64,000 nucleotides of DNA from Camelus dromedarius (taxonomy: Eukaryota). This document shows positions 1-13,100 of this stretch, one piece after another. The stretch lies in NCBI RefSeq assembly GCF_036321535.1, contig NC_087437.1, forward strand, positions 46,626,001 through 46,690,000, in the 5' to 3' direction. Positions within the stretch are counted from its first letter, which is position 1. Each line of letters starts with the position of its first letter. A model generated the notes under the pieces. The model had not been told where the DNA came from, did not search any database, and saw only the letters and a program-made list of their open reading frames with translations. The position numbers and the translations under genes were made by a program.

Positions 1-429
1 CAGCACCTAAACCCAACACGAGAGCCTCTCCTTTCTACTTTACTGGAATCAAGAGCTTCTGAAAAGTGAACATAGCACTTCTTTCTCTGCTCCGGTCAGA
101 AGCTGGAGGTTGATTTTCAGAAGTAGAGGCTAACCTTGCCTACCTCAATCAGCCTTATCTATTTAAAGCCTTCCCAACCTGGCCAATCCCTTGGTAACCA
201 AACTTCTTAGGTTTTGACTACCTGTATCTGGGTTCCTGGCTAGAGCTGGATTATTTCTTTTTGCTTTCCGGTAACAGCATTACTTACAGTCTGCTTCATC
301 TTGGCGTGCAACCTCTGGTGATTTCAGAGCCCTCTTCCTTTTATGGGCAATTGACTTTGGTCCCTTTTCGCCAATCCTATTGCAGTCTCCTTCTACATTG
401 TTTAGAAATCTTTTGATTGCAATAATGAA

Positions 430-890
430 AGCCTGATTTAGACTTGCATGAAGTAGAACTGCGGGCATCCAAGCCTGAAGAATAATTAGCACAGGGACAT
501 AAATTGCCACAGACACTTTTTCTCTTGTCTCTGTTTCTCTTTTTACATCTATTTCTTTCTTTCCTCTTATTGCAGACTTGATTTCTGTTTTCTAGCTGTT
601 GTCACAGGAAGTTGTTTCTGGATTAAATTCCCAAGAATTCATCACTTCTTTTCAAGCAAGCAGCTAAAATGAGCAACAATCTCTTAGACCCATACCAAAG
701 TTTGATAGTAGAGTGATTTGCTCAGCTTGGGTCAGATGCCCACCCCAGGGCCAATCAAATGTAACCAGGGAGTGGGGTCACATTATACTATCAGGGAAAG
801 CCCTGTAGTAACCATGTGGATATAGATGGATTTGGCAGGATGGAGGGTTATTTATAGTTTCCAGGAAAAAAATGAGGCCGTTCCCAGGGG
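430..890 (-). mobile_element. Old MaLR LTR (MLT1I/J/K-like), degraded
   Basis: GGGTCAGATGCCCACCCCAGGGCCAATCAAATGTAACCAGGGAGTGGGGTCACAT (729-783) resembles a conserved MLT1 LTR block; boundaries approximate. Confidence 0.5.
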
Positions 891-1766
891 AGATCCTGTG
901 CCCTATGCAATAACCCTGGATGACATTTTTCTCTTAACTGCTACCAAATTTTTCCAGGAATCATAGGACTTTCCAGTCGGTGTTAAAAATGACCAAAAAT
1001 TGAGTGGTTTGATGCTACTTTGCTTTAAATCTCTTCTAGGTGAGATTTTAAACATCTATCTTTTGATCTTTTTTGCCTTTTGAAAGTTAACTTTTTTTGC
1101 ATCTTCAGTTCTCATAGTTAGCTCAAGAATGAGAGCTTCCTCAGGTAAAACATTTCTTTATCTTTCAGACAGAAAAACAAAGCTCAGTTTTCTGTCTCTC
1201 TCTCCCTCTGCTTTACCATCTCCTCTTAATTGAGGAAAAACTCTTACTAAACCTGATGGTCATTACTGGTGTCAGCCTTGCCACTACCTCTTCACAAAGG
1301 AAATATTACATGAAATCTACATTTTATACTTAGGCATTTGCTAAGATTATACTTGCACTGGGCTTTTGGGATACCAGGGTTTTTTGTTTGTTTGTTTGTT
1401 TGTTTTTCGCTTTGATCTTGTATTCTTCAGTAGGCTTTGCCATTTCCCTTTTAGAAAACTGTTGTCTGATGCTAAAATTTTAGTCACACTCTTCTTGTCT
1501 TCCACAGATCATTAGGTGAGAGAGAACTAGCAACACACTCACAGAATGCTAAGTTAATAATTGCTGATGAGCTCTAGTTAAAATATCTTAACTTGAATTA
1601 TAATTGGAGGCCTGAAAACACTCAGCAACATTTCAAACACTCATGGGAAACTGTACAGTTGGCTGTAGTAATTAATAAGCATAGAATTAATTAATTTTCA
1701 AGCTATAAACTCACGAAAACAAAGATGATATTCAGGCATATGTTAACTTTCTGATATGTTGTAGTA

Positions 1767-1925
1767 CAGTGGTTCCCAATTATGGCTGCATATAAGAATT
1801 AACTGGAACAATATTTAAAAACATAGATTCTTAAACTCTACCCAGTATCTACTGAATGAGAATCTTTGGGGGAGGGGTTTTAAAGCTCCTCAGATCTTGA
1901 TGGTCAAGTAAACTGGAAATCACTG
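1767..1925. mobile_element. MER5A-like hAT-Charlie MITE
   Basis: Terminal inverted repeats CAGTGGTTCCCA...TGGAAATCACTG with internal CTACTGAATGAGAATCT motif. Confidence 0.7.
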
Positions 1926-2531
1926 ATTTCTGTAGCAGCTCTGCTCCTACTTTTAAGTGAATTCCAGGAAGTCATTTTACTTACCATTGTGACTTTGACA
2001 GAGCAGAAGTCAGCTTCTCTGGTAAGTCCAGAGAGTTACACACCAATATATCCCCATAATCCCAGCCCCAGGTTGTTCTACCTTCCTCATTTGTCTTTGT
2101 TTGCACTTGACATCTTTTCAGAAAATCTTCCTATATCAGGGATTACTCCAACAAGTTTGGGAAGAGGAAGACTGGCTTCTCTCCATACCCAAAATCTGGA
2201 CTGACTTGGGAGGAGAGAGCCATACTTCACTTGGCTGCAGAGTATCCAGGAGGTGAGGGGAGCACTGAGAGGCAGAGGCTGCCTGTCTCCTAACCTCTTG
2301 GGCTTTTCTTGTCTTCCACCAGAACCACTTGCAGTCCTGCCTATAGTGTCATTCCCTGCCCCACTTCTTGAGACCAATCTGATCTTGGACCTGAACAAGG
2401 ATACAGCTTTAACCCAACCTCTAGGACATCACTTCCAGCCTGGTCCTAACATTGTGGTCTGACTCTGATAACCAGGTTTCAGCCTCACTCTACATGTCAG
2501 AGTCTCTATCTTGGCAACCTGCTTGATACTT

Positions 2532-2734
2532 CAGTATCTCCAGATAACTTTTTGAAAAAAATGTGGTATGGGAAATCCTTCCTCAAGGTCTTCTGAGATA
2601 CCTATCAAAAATACAGATTATGAGCTGTATCTAGATCCACTGAGTCAGAATCTCTAAGGCTGGAGTCCAATAAGTGCATTTTAAAATAAGAGGGCAGTCA
2701 AGAGTCTTACAGGTTCATTAATTGAGAAATCCTG
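2532..2734. mobile_element. MER5-like hAT-Charlie MITE, degraded
   Basis: AAATACAGATT...CCACTGAGTCAGAATCTCTAAGGCTGGAGTCCAATAAGTGCATTTTAA core motif. Confidence 0.55.
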
Positions 2735-3863
2735 AAATTCCGTACGTCTCTCTGTAGCTTCTTTTGTGGTCATTTTCATGTCATTATCATTCTGATTTTT
2801 GGGTGAAAGTGTAATATAGCACAATATTTGTACATTTCTTTTTTACGAAAGACATTCGTAAGATATCACCCCATAAATTTGGCTGGTGGTACATTTTGCA
2901 TATAAAATTTTTGATCACAGGATATTCTAATACCCTAGTCAAAAGTATGTTTTGTATTGCATTCGGGGAAGAATTAATCATGTTACTAACCATACCTATC
3001 CAGAAGCATTACAAAATGCAACTCATTCTATGAGGGCAATTAATTTTTATTATTACCATTGTGATTATTTATTATACCCATTAAGAGCAATTAATATGAT
3101 ATATTACTAATAATAATTTAAATGACTATGATAATAATAACAACATCTGGAATTTTCAAGGCACCTTTTCTTTAAAGGGCCCAAATATAATGAAAAATAA
3201 TGAGTTAGGTTTTGAAAAACATTTCCTAGTGTTCTTCCAGTTGCTTATTTATAGAAATATATAGCTATCTATGTGCTACCTATGTGGTGAAGAAATTGTT
3301 CTCTCAAAGCTGAATACAAATTAGAAAGTTAGGATAAAGGTATTATTTTCCATCAGATCAAATAGCTGTAAAATATCTTCACAAGCACTGCTAAGAACAA
3401 ATAAAAGTATGTTATTGCAGAACAATCAGATCTGGATTCAGCAATTCCCACTTACAGTGATATTGGAGTTACATAGCAAAGCTAAAATTTCTGCACAATA
3501 TCTTTTGCACCAGGGCTGACATGAGTTAGAATTGTTAAATCACAATGGGCATTCAACTATAAGGCACAAATTAGAAGTGATTTATTTAGAGGTTTTAAAT
3601 CTGGGAAGGAGTTTTATACCATGACTATATGTAAAGGATGTTCCTGTTTTTATGAATGTTAATTACCAAAAATTATAACATAATTCTTCTACATTGTCAC
3701 TGAATTGCCTAGAGAAACTCCCATAAATTTTCTCACCTAAGTAAGTATGCTAGTGTAGCATATAACAATGCCAAGCATGAATAAGGCTAATTTTTTTCAA
3801 GTAATGATGTTGTTAAATTATAAAAGGAGATGGTGAAATTCTTCCAAATCTATTTGATGAATG

Positions 3864-3874
3864 TGATGATGATG

Positions 3875-3937
<63 letters not shown>
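3864..3937 (+). repeat. Compound microsatellite (GAT)n(AAT)n
   Basis: About 4 GAT units followed by about 20 perfect AAT units. Confidence 0.97.
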
Positions 3938-4460
3938 TTTCAAATATACCACAAATTAATTTATTTGTGGCTGGATTACATTCTATATATTTATAGACAC
4001 AATGATATTATGTAGATATATAGAACTATATATATATTCATATGTGGTTATAATAGTTACATGAGAATATAGTAGTAGATATGCAGATTCTTTTGAGGGA
4101 GTAGAAGTGGTTCTTCAGTGGAATAGGGAGACTAACATCTAAGTTTTGTAATCCTTTATATGCATTATTTTTCTGTCTTTGAAATAATTTTTTTAAAATA
4201 TTTTTAAGGATTTTTTTGTAATAGGATTTTCTTCAGCCATATAGATCAGAGACCCCCACTTGCAGTTACCATATTATTTGTGAATATCTCTATTATGATA
4301 TTAAATGCTTTAATTAAAGAGGGAATATCTGAAAGGGAGAGTTGCATGATACCTGATGTATGTTCAAAGATCAAAAGGTACACTATGCAAATGCCATTGA
4401 GGCTGAAAGAACACAACCATTGCCCCTGTAATATCCAGCCAGCACTGGTGGAGATCTCTC

Positions 4461-4600
4461 CATTTGTTTATCTATTCATTCTTCAAATATTATTGACATT
4501 TCCATGTGCAGGGTGCTGGGTGCAAGAGTTAGAAAAACAAGTAAGCAGTTTTTCCTTTAAGGAGAACATAGACTAGAAGGAGAAACATATACATCCATAC
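4461..4600 (-). mobile_element. L2 LINE 3' end fragment
   Basis: CATTTGTTTATCTATTCATTC...ATGTGCAGGGTGCTGGGTGC, antisense L2 tail pattern. Confidence 0.55.
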
Positions 4601-4629
4601 TTCAGTGCCAGGTGGAATGTACAATAGAT

Positions 4630-4820
4630 ACAGCATCATGACTGAGTACAGCCCTCAGAGCCAGACCACTCGTGTTTAAATCTCACTCTGTCATTAGTTA
4701 ACTGGGTGACCTTACAGGGAAGTTACGTAATCTCTTTTCCTTCAGTTTCATCATCTGTAAAGTGGAGATATCTACTCTAATAGTTTATTATGAAAATTAC
4801 ATGAATTAATAAGTGGGACA
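4630..4820 (+). mobile_element. MIR SINE
   Basis: GAGCCAGACC...AAATCTCACTCTGTCATT...GGGTGACCTT...CAGTTTCATCATCTGTAAAGTGGAGATA core. Confidence 0.8.
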
Positions 4821-4849
4821 TATATTAACAAGGTTGAACCTTATTAATT

Positions 4850-4905
4850 TAGGTGAACCATACAAAATTGGTGTTTTTGTGGTCAAAAGCTGTTGAGTAA
4901 GCAAT
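4850..4905. mobile_element. MADE2-like Mariner MITE fragment
   Basis: TAGGTGAACCATACAAAATTGGTGTTTTTGTGGTCAAAA resembles the MADE2 terminus. Confidence 0.55.
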
Positions 4906-5003
4906 ACACCAAAAATTCTAACCATGAAATATTCAAAAGTTGGGCTTCATCAAATGTAAACACTCTACGCATCAAAAAATGCTTTTATGAGTGTGAAACA
5001 GAT

Positions 5004-6900
5004 GAAGAAAAAGTGTTGACAGTAGTCAGGCACCACTGATAACCTTGAGAGAGAGTCAAAAGTCCAATTTGGTCAACCTACCAGGAGCAGGCAGGGGCAA
5101 TGTCTCATGTAATGTGGGCTTCCTCATCCCAAGGCAAACGGGTCAATTTTGGAAGGAGTCCCAAGTCAGGCATGCAGTGGCACCTTCTGCACTAGAAACA
5201 TCCGTTAGCTGGTGCTCAGTCTGTGGTGGTGGATGTCTTTCCAGGTCCAGTCTGATGATGGCCACGTTGTAGCAATTGTGGTGATACTGCCAGCCAGTAG
5301 TACTCATCAAAGAGTAAGTGTTTACTCTGGGCATCTACCTGAATGACCTGCACACTTGATCAGCAGCTATAATTTGTTTCCACAGTGCTTGGCCCCAAAG
5401 AGGGGTATTTTTAACCTGCCAGTCTTAAGTTTTCCCAGTGGCAGATGAAATGGCTACGTTACTAGTAACAAAATAAGAGTTAGTAAAAATATAACAAGGT
5501 TCCTCTGGGAGATGATAGTCTATAGTTCTGAGAATGGCCCGGAGTTCCATAGCTGGTGCTGCGGCAGAACAGTCAGAGTAGGCCAGCGGGTACTATCAAG
5601 TTAGCTTAGCTGAACTATAAGTGAACTAGGTCCAGGTTTTTAGAAATATAATTTTCCCAGAGAGATAGCTACCGCCTTTTCATATAACACCAAGATATCA
5701 CAAGTACCATTTCCATTTGGCCAGGAAGCTTGTTGGGCCCTTCCCATCGTGTTTACTATTGAGTCCAGGCTCAACCATCTCAGAATGAGACTATCAGGCT
5801 AGAGGCATGTGGCCTCCATTTGTCACATATTCAGGTGTCAACTTGCAGAAAAGCTCAGAAGCAAACTAATAGCTAGCTACTTTTCAAAAGGAATATCTGG
5901 TGGCTCTGTCAGGGAGGTGGCCACCAGGAGCACCTCCAGATGGAGCCTGCCTCCCTTTGCCCTCAGTTCCGTTTGGCAAAATCATCAGTCACAGAGACCT
6001 CTTGCTCAAAGGGGTCATTGGACAGTGGGGTCACAAAGATGAAAAATGTGCCACATTCTGCTGGATAGCTTTCCCTTCCTGCACAGCCTCTTGCGAGGGG
6101 CCCTTCTCAAAAAATGTTGATTTGCAGGTTGGGACTTAAAAGACCAAATAGAATGCCCCGATGAGGCATGTGCTGCCTTAATACCCCAAGAGTGCAACAA
6201 GGTGCTAAACTTCTTTTTGAATGGTGGAGGTTTGAAGCAAGAACAATGTTTTTCTTGACTGTCAGAGGGATTGAGCATTATAAGTCTACCCACATAGTCT
6301 CAAGAAACTGTATTTGGTAGGCATGCTCCTGAATTTGTTTCAATTTTAGCCCTCTCCCGCTACCTGCTGGTGGAGGTCTGGGTGGTTGTGCCTGAGGCTT
6401 TTGATTCTCTAACCAAACGGGCATTATCTGAATGACACTTTTGGGTAGGGTCACTTGTGCTAAATCCTGGCCCACCTACAGGTGGCAAAAGGCAGGAGAG
6501 TTTGGGTACTTGTGGAGAAACACCTTGCCACTAAAGGTGGGCTGGGGAGCAATGTGTGTGTCCCATTACTGCTGCTCCATGTGCCGCTCTTCCTGCAGTG
6601 GAGGATGCCCCCTGGCACTCAGGGTAGTAAAGCACAGAACACACTCATTGCTCTACATTCAAATGTAGGAGCAAAACAGCAGTGTATTTAAGTGTTTAAA
6701 AGGCCCCACTCACAGGACTACTTTAGCTTCCCTTTCCCACTGTGAACCCACCCCGTCTGGGTGTCTTACTTCCAAGGGTCTAACTTGGTTGCCTGTCTCC
6801 AAGAGTTAAAATAGTTTGACTCTTTTCTCTCTCCAATATTTGAATCATTTTCTTATTATCTAGTAGATCACCTTCATCAACACCGTAAACCCAATTTAGG
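5004..6900 (-). pseudogene. Fossil ERV-L class (ERV3-16A3/HERV16-like) internal pro-pol: RT, connection, RNase H and integrase N-half, with many stops and frameshifts
   Basis: Minus-strand translation gives VFLHKYPNSPAFCHL*VGQDL (RT LPQGxxNSP motif, ~6465-6525), KQIQEHAYQIQFL, NDPFEQEVSV, PFEK*L, GRAQQAS..AKWKWYL (connection), ELRAIL...CYIFTNSY...DWQVKNTPLWGQALWKQI (RNase H), and SW*VDQIGLL...GYQWCLTTVNTFS (integrase core, ~5004-5110). Confidence 0.88.
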
Positions 6901-6949
6901 ATATAAAGTGCCTAAGTAGTTGTCAATGCCTCGTCTGTGGTTTCCCAGG

Positions 6950-7356
6950 TGTTATGCCCAACAGATTCATATGCTGAGATCCTAACCGCTAATACCTCAA
7001 AATGTGACCTTATGTGTAGGTCAGGTGTTTACAAGTATAATCAAGTTAAAGTGAGGTTACTTGGATAGAATTTAATTCAGTATGACTGGTGTCTTTTAAA
7101 TAAAGGGAAAATTGGAACACAGAGCTATTCATAAGGGGAAGATTTTAGAAAGAGACACAGGGAGAAGATGTATCTACAAGCCAAGGAAAGAAGCCTGGAA
7201 CAGATTCTTCCCTCATAGTCCTCAGAAGGAACAACCATCCCAGTACCTTAGTTTCGGACTTCTTTTGGCCTCTACAACCATGAAACAATACATTTCTGTT
7301 GTTCAAGCCACTCAGTTTGTGGAACATTTTTACAGCAGCCCTCACTGACTAACACA
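6950..7356 (+). mobile_element. MLT1B-type MaLR solo LTR
   Basis: TG...ACA termini; diagnostic GACACAGGGAGAAGATG..CTACAAGCCAAGGAAAGAAGCCTGGAACAGATTCTTCCCTCA; 5-bp TSD CCAGG/CCAGT. Confidence 0.88.
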
Positions 7357-9179
7357 CCAGTGACACTTGACTTTCTCCAGAAAATCTCCTCAAGAAGGCC
7401 AAACCTCCTTTACAGTAGCCAAGATCCACTGCAAAATAACTCTTGAGAAATTTTACTTTTAGATATGAGTTAGTATGAGGTTGGCATAATGGACTATAAG
7501 AGGCAGTTGAACCTTAAGAGATATTCTTCCTTAATCAGCATTGCCCTCCTGGCCCTCTCATCACACACTTGAACCAGCCAGGTTTCCAACAAGTCACCTG
7601 GTTTCTGCCCCAGACAGTCTCAAGTTTCCCTCCTTTTATACTTAGTGTGGATGTCTGTCTCTATAGCTGCTATCAGAAATGAGTAGAAACTTCTCACAAT
7701 GGTGTGCGTCAGAGTTAGTGGAGAAGTCCCCCTCCCAGGAGAGGCGTAGCAACACCTGGGCCAGCTGTCACTGAGCATACTTTCCGTTCCTCTTCCTGCC
7801 CCACTGCCGCATTTGCATCTCATTAATGGGAGCAAAGTGGAGGGCCATTTATGACCCACCTGTCCATACATTTTGTACAGTGTTTTCTACTGATTTCCAT
7901 GAACTTTCCTCATATCCCAGGAATTGGCCCACAAGGCCTTCATCTTTCCTATTTCAGAAAGCCAGATCTTTGTCTGCCTCCCATCCTGGTGCCCTCCACA
8001 CCCTGCTGGCTCCCATTTTATAGGATTGTTTGGTGGCCTTATCTCCACTTCTGCAGCTATCTCTTGTTCTTTCATATGTTAATCATCTGGTGTTCATTTG
8101 GATGTATTTTGATTGATACCTATAACCACGCATTTCGCCTTGAAAATGACTTTGATGGAGTGTTGGATGTGTAAGCATAGTCTCCTTGTACATAATATTG
8201 CCCTTGATCATTATTTGCAACTCCCTATGCATCATGGCCTTACTTGGTCTCTTGATTTGCACTTAGAGTGATTACATCCCTTTGTAATTAAAAATCTTTG
8301 GTTGGATATATTAATCTTATCACCAATGATTCCTTCTAAAGTAAATGTATAATAAATAATTACTTTGATACTATTAGTCACTTCTGTATATTATTGTTCT
8401 TCTTAAGTTTTCCCCAGCATCATACTCTGACATGATTTGTGTATAATTTTCATATTTCTTCTTCCTGCCCTACGAAGACCTATGACAAGCAGTAGTTTAT
8501 TGTATGCGTATGCTTTAATTTGCATAAGCTATCATCTGGTCTAGAAATGTGTGTAATAGCACCGAGCAGAATTTACGTGGCAGGTGAGTGACTTTGGATA
8601 GAGGATCTAGTTTACTAAAAGATACTAATAGGCCACGGTTATGAGCTGTTTCTTGACAGCTTTGAGCACATCTCTTCTCTTAGCTGCTAAATGCAATACT
8701 ATAGTTTTATATTAATTTAAATTTTAATTTTGGGATAATTGTAGATTCACATTCAATTGTGTACCCTTTGCTCAGTTTCCCCCTATAGTACTCACAGGTA
8801 TAGTACAATAATCACAACTAGGATCTTGACATTGATACAGTCAAGATACAGAACCGTTTTCGTCACCACAAGGATCCCTCGTGTTCTCTTTTATATCCAC
8901 ATCCACCTCCTTCCTACCCACTTCCATGTCCTGACTCCAGCAACCACCAATCTGTTCTTTTTATAGTTTTGTTGTTTCAAGATTCTTATACAAATGAAAT
9001 CATAAAGTACATAACCTTTTGGGATTGGCTTTTTTCACTCAACGTAATTCCCTGAAAATTCACCCAAATTGTTGCATGTATCAATGGTTTGTTCCTTTTT
9101 ATTGCTGAGTAGTATTCTGGGTTATTTCCAGTTTTGTGTTATTATGAATAAAGCTCCTATGAACGTTTATGTATAGATT

Positions 9180-9841
9180 TGCACTAAAATATACCCGAGG
9201 TTTTGTTTTATTCATGTATAATGAGGCCAGCAGATCAGGAGACATTGCCATTGAAAAGACGTTTTATTACTCACAGTTCCCAAGAGGAAGAGAGCAAATA
9301 GCATGCCGTGCAGGTCACACAAGAGAACACTAAGGTCAGAGGAGGGCAGAGAGAGTGCGGGGAAACTGCAGGAAGGCCTTTATTGAAGTTTTCAAGGCAA
9401 GGGATGGGAAAGGTAGTTTAAGCAAGTGAACCAGGTTAGGATTGGCTAATTTAAATAATTTCACTGGCCTAGGGTACAAAGGCCCCCTAATGCCTAGCCC
9501 TGGGGTGGTTAGGGCAGGGGAAGAGTGTCTCAATAATGTAAGAGCTGCTGTGAAGAAGGCAGCCAAGTTGGGGGATTTAGCTTTTGGATTAGTTCATTTG
9601 CATATGAAAGGCAGGCTCCAGGGACTGTGCTTTGCTCTCTGGAGGAATCTACAAACCATTATCCAGCCATGGGAGAGGCAGCAAGGGCCCAGGTGTCAGA
9701 CAAGAAAGAAAGAAAGAGAGGAAGGAAGAGAGGAAGGAAGGAAGAAAGAAAGGAAGGAAGGAAGGAAGGAAGGAAGAAAGAAAGAAAGGAAGGAAGGAAG
9801 GGAGAAAGGGAGAAAGAAAAGTGGAAAACATGGTTGATACA
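9180..9841 (-). mobile_element. ERVL-type solo LTR (MER76/MER77-like)
   Basis: TG...CA termini; TSD AGATT/AGGTT; GAGGCCAGCAGATCAGGAGAC.TTGCCATTGAAAAGA motif. Confidence 0.72.
9702..9820 (+). repeat. Purine-only (GAAA/GGAA)n tract inside the LTR
   Basis: About 120 nt of only A/G. Confidence 0.95.
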
Positions 9842-10039
9842 AGGTTTATATGTGAACTTAAGTTTTCATCTCTCTGGGTTGAATGCCCAGGACAACCGTT
9901 GTTGGATCATATGCTAGTTGCATGTTTAGGTTTATGAGAAATTGCCAAAATATTTTCCAGAGAGGCTGAACAATTTTACACTATCACCAGATATGTAAGG
10001 GTGATTCAACCTGTAGATTTCAAGAAGTGTATTGTTATT

Positions 10040-10640
10040 TGTGTTATTAACATTTAGCTTTTCTGTAAGTCACTATAATGCGTTTCTTACCAATGAGTGC
10101 AATCTGCAGTACACTGAGTTGGGAGCTATGTATGACTTCACTCCAGGAACCTTCATTTCCCAGTGGAAGCAAACCTATAAGTGATGAATGAGAAAGAATA
10201 AAAATAGGTGTCCGTGGAGGTTCAACCATGGAAGGGGTGTCAATGGGAGGCCTGATGTAGGTAGTAACTTCTAAGCAGTCATTGAAGAGTGAGTATAATT
10301 GAAAAAGTTGGGAAAAAAAGTAGGAAAGTCATCTAGCATTAAAAATATTTTGTGTGCTGGCAGCACCAAGGATGCTTGATGGGAGTAGAGTACTAGGAGC
10401 ATGGAGGGATGGATTGAGCAATTAAAGTGAGCAACAGATCAGAAAGATCATGAGCAAACTCAAGTGACCTAAGTAGAAGCTGGAACTTGTTTGGTAGCTA
10501 ACGAGAAGTCACTGAAGTTGGAGAGGATGAATACAACTTCATCTGCATTTTAAGGTATTGACAAAGTTATATTGAAAAGCTGTGAGATCAAAAGTGGAGA
10601 GACTTGAAGAGAAGCTATTGTGACAGCTGACCACAAAGAT
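10040..10640 (-). mobile_element. L2 LINE fragment
   Basis: Purine-rich antisense L2 pattern (CAGATCA..., GAAGTCACTGAAG, GAAGCTATTG). Confidence 0.5.
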
Positions 10641-10679
10641 GCCGAGAGCAAGAGCTCATTGTGTAGTTGTGGCACTTTC

Positions 10680-11100
10680 TTTCATTTTTTAAAAAGTTAA
10701 CAAATAATGCGTGTTCCATGCAAGCAAGTCAGAAAATATAATAGAAAGAAAGCAACAATATACCCATAATCTCCTTACTCAGAAATAACTGTAGTGAACA
10801 TTTTTTAATATTTTGTAAAGAATTATCCATAATCTGTATCTGGATGTAGGCACATATGTATAATTTTGAGCAGTTATTAGTCATGTATCTGTAAGGATAT
10901 GTAATGTTTATTTTTCCATCTTTAATATAGTATGTCATCTTTTTAGGTTTATAAATGTATTTATTTAGGATCACTTGAAAGTATTTCCGCTGGATGGAAT
11001 AATACCACAACTTAATCAACCCCTTCTCACTGAAGAATATCTAGGTGATGTTTGTTTGTTTGTTTGTTTGTTTTGCTATTTCTAACAGTGTTCTTTTTAT
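10680..11100 (-). mobile_element. Old L1 (L1ME-like) 3' fragment with (TTTG)n
   Basis: CCCATAATCTCC..CAGAAATAACT, GGATGGAATAATACCACAACTTAATCAACC. Confidence 0.5.
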
Positions 11101-12934
11101 TCAAGCACTTTGCAAATTTGGAATCTAATGCAAGTTTCAATATCTCTGTTTTCCCTCTCTTGCCCACGCCCATGGAAGGAGTGGGGCCTCCAGATAAGAT
11201 GTCCTGAGATGCTCAACACCACTTTGTACCAGTGTCACCCATCAGATTGCTTTGCCCCAGTTTTCAGGTGCTAAAAATAGCGGGGCTTAGGTTGAATTAG
11301 AGGCCAATAAGCTGTGACTTTCTAGTCACTACAAGGTTTACTCAAGGTCTTTTGCCCCATGTTGAGTTCCCAAAACTGTGCCTTAAGTTATCCGGAGATC
11401 TTTTTAGAAATGAAGGTGCTAAGGACCAACCATAAAAAATTGTGATTCGTAGGTCTGGAGTGGTGTCAGGAAGCTATATTATTTTTACCTTTCCCCAGGT
11501 AATTTAACTATATGGCAAGGCGAAAACCCTGGTTCTGTACGTTTCTTTCTACTTTTTACTCCCTCTGCTGGCTATGAGTTTGCTAAATGATATATTATGC
11601 TAAGCTGGGGCTAAGTGATGGTGGCTTGATATGGTTGTTGCTTTTGTTTTTTGTTTTTTGTTTGGTTTTTTTATGGGACGTTCAACATCTTTGTTGAAAG
11701 GGAGCCAGATTCCTGACCACTGACAGGTTTTGGGCAGAGATAGTTTGAGAAGGGAAGTTTTTGTGAAAGCCTTTAAATTGAGGACTGGGCTACAACAGAT
11801 ATCCTACTAGGTGCTGGTCTTCTGCTTTCTAAAATCATTTACTGATCTCTAATTGGGTGATAAAGTCTTTGAAATCTCTCCTTCCTAAAGGAGGTAAAAA
11901 TGGACTTCTGGGGGTACATGACTGCCTCCTTTCTGAGCCTGTGTTTTACACAGCCTGGGTTGATACTGGATCCTTGAAGGAAGACAAGATGGAAGCACCT
12001 CAAAGAAAGGGAAAAGGGGCACAGGCAGGAAGGCTCAGGTTGTTGAGGACAGATTTTGCCTACTGGGTTCTTTTCCTTGGGGAAGACTCTCAGATGCTGT
12101 ACAAAGGACATTGTCTTGCGGATCATTTGAGGAAATCTGCGGAAGTGTGACTTCATACCATTAACAGAAGCAGTGCCGTTACTGGCGCTGGTCTGAGGGC
12201 TACAGTGTGTGCCTTTTCCCCAGGCCTGGCCTTTTCGGTCATCCCTGCCAGTTCAGAGTAGAAATGTGTCCTCCTCACTCATGACCCCTGTCCATGCTCC
12301 TGCTGGGACAAGGTACCTTGCAGATATCTCTGTAATCAATCTTGCTGCATTCATTGCAGCACTGTGTTGCCTTCCTCCTGGGGTCTCTATGAAACCTGAC
12401 CTAGGCTGCACCCCACTTCCCTAATGCTGCTTCACTTGTCTGAGGAAACATCTCCTTTATGGCCCAGATCCAGCTCCAGTGTTTTGCCAGTTCCATCACA
12501 GGGTCTGACATTTTCTTCTATGTGCAAAGAGGAGAAAAGAGCTTGCAGCTCCAGCCACGTGCTTCTCCATAAACCTCAAGTAAATTGCTTGGCACAGGTT
12601 AATTTTCCCAGTTGCCAAAGAAGCATTTTACTAACACTTACTGACACCTTGAAAGTATCAGATTAAAATAAAATAGCTAGTTACACTTAAAAGAATGGAG
12701 AAAGATTTGCAGCATCAATATTTGTCTCACAAATCTGTGTGTCAATAATGTGGCATAAAAAACGAAGTCATTGCAAAAAAGGATGTTGTTACAAGAGAGG
12801 ATCGATATGTCCTGTTTGGGAAATCAGCCCTGTGACTTCATCTCATCATTTATAATGTATTAGCTAAAAGGTCTAAACTGTCTCAATCAGGAGACATGCC
12901 TTGAGTTCTCTGCATGAGGATTTGAAGTGTTGTA

Positions 12935-13100
12935 AGTAATAATAGCCACATTCATTTATTACCTACTTATATACAGATATTATGCTTAAGTCAATCTCAT
13001 TTAATTCCATAACATCCCTAGAAGGGAACTCATAACATCCCCCATTTTACAGATGACAAGACCTCAAAGGGAACCTGTGGTCAAAGTCAACACTAGTCTG
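12935..13100 (-). mobile_element. MIR SINE
   Basis: ATCTCATTTAATTCCATAACATCCC...CCCCATTTTACAGATGA. Confidence 0.7.

Larger units (their letters stand above)
8706..10010 (-). mobile_element. L1MD-like 3' end, split by an LTR insertion at 9180-9841
   Basis: Antisense L1 3'UTR motifs (GCAACCACCAATCTGTT, TTCCTTTTTATTGCTGAGTAGTATTC); sequence resumes colinearly at 9842 (AGGTTTATATGTGAAC..AAGTTTTCAT). Confidence 0.8.

Noticed and set aside
280..516. Minus-strand 78-aa ORF ending near a GTAAGT donor
   Set aside because: Partly overlaps an MLT1-like LTR, has no convincing acceptor and no recognisable protein family
3830..4015. ORF with a poly-Ile run
   Set aside because: Translation of the (AAT)n microsatellite
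9336..9937. Overlapping ORFs up to 131 aa, Lys/Arg/Glu-rich
   Set aside because: Read-through of an LTR and a stop-free purine microsatellite
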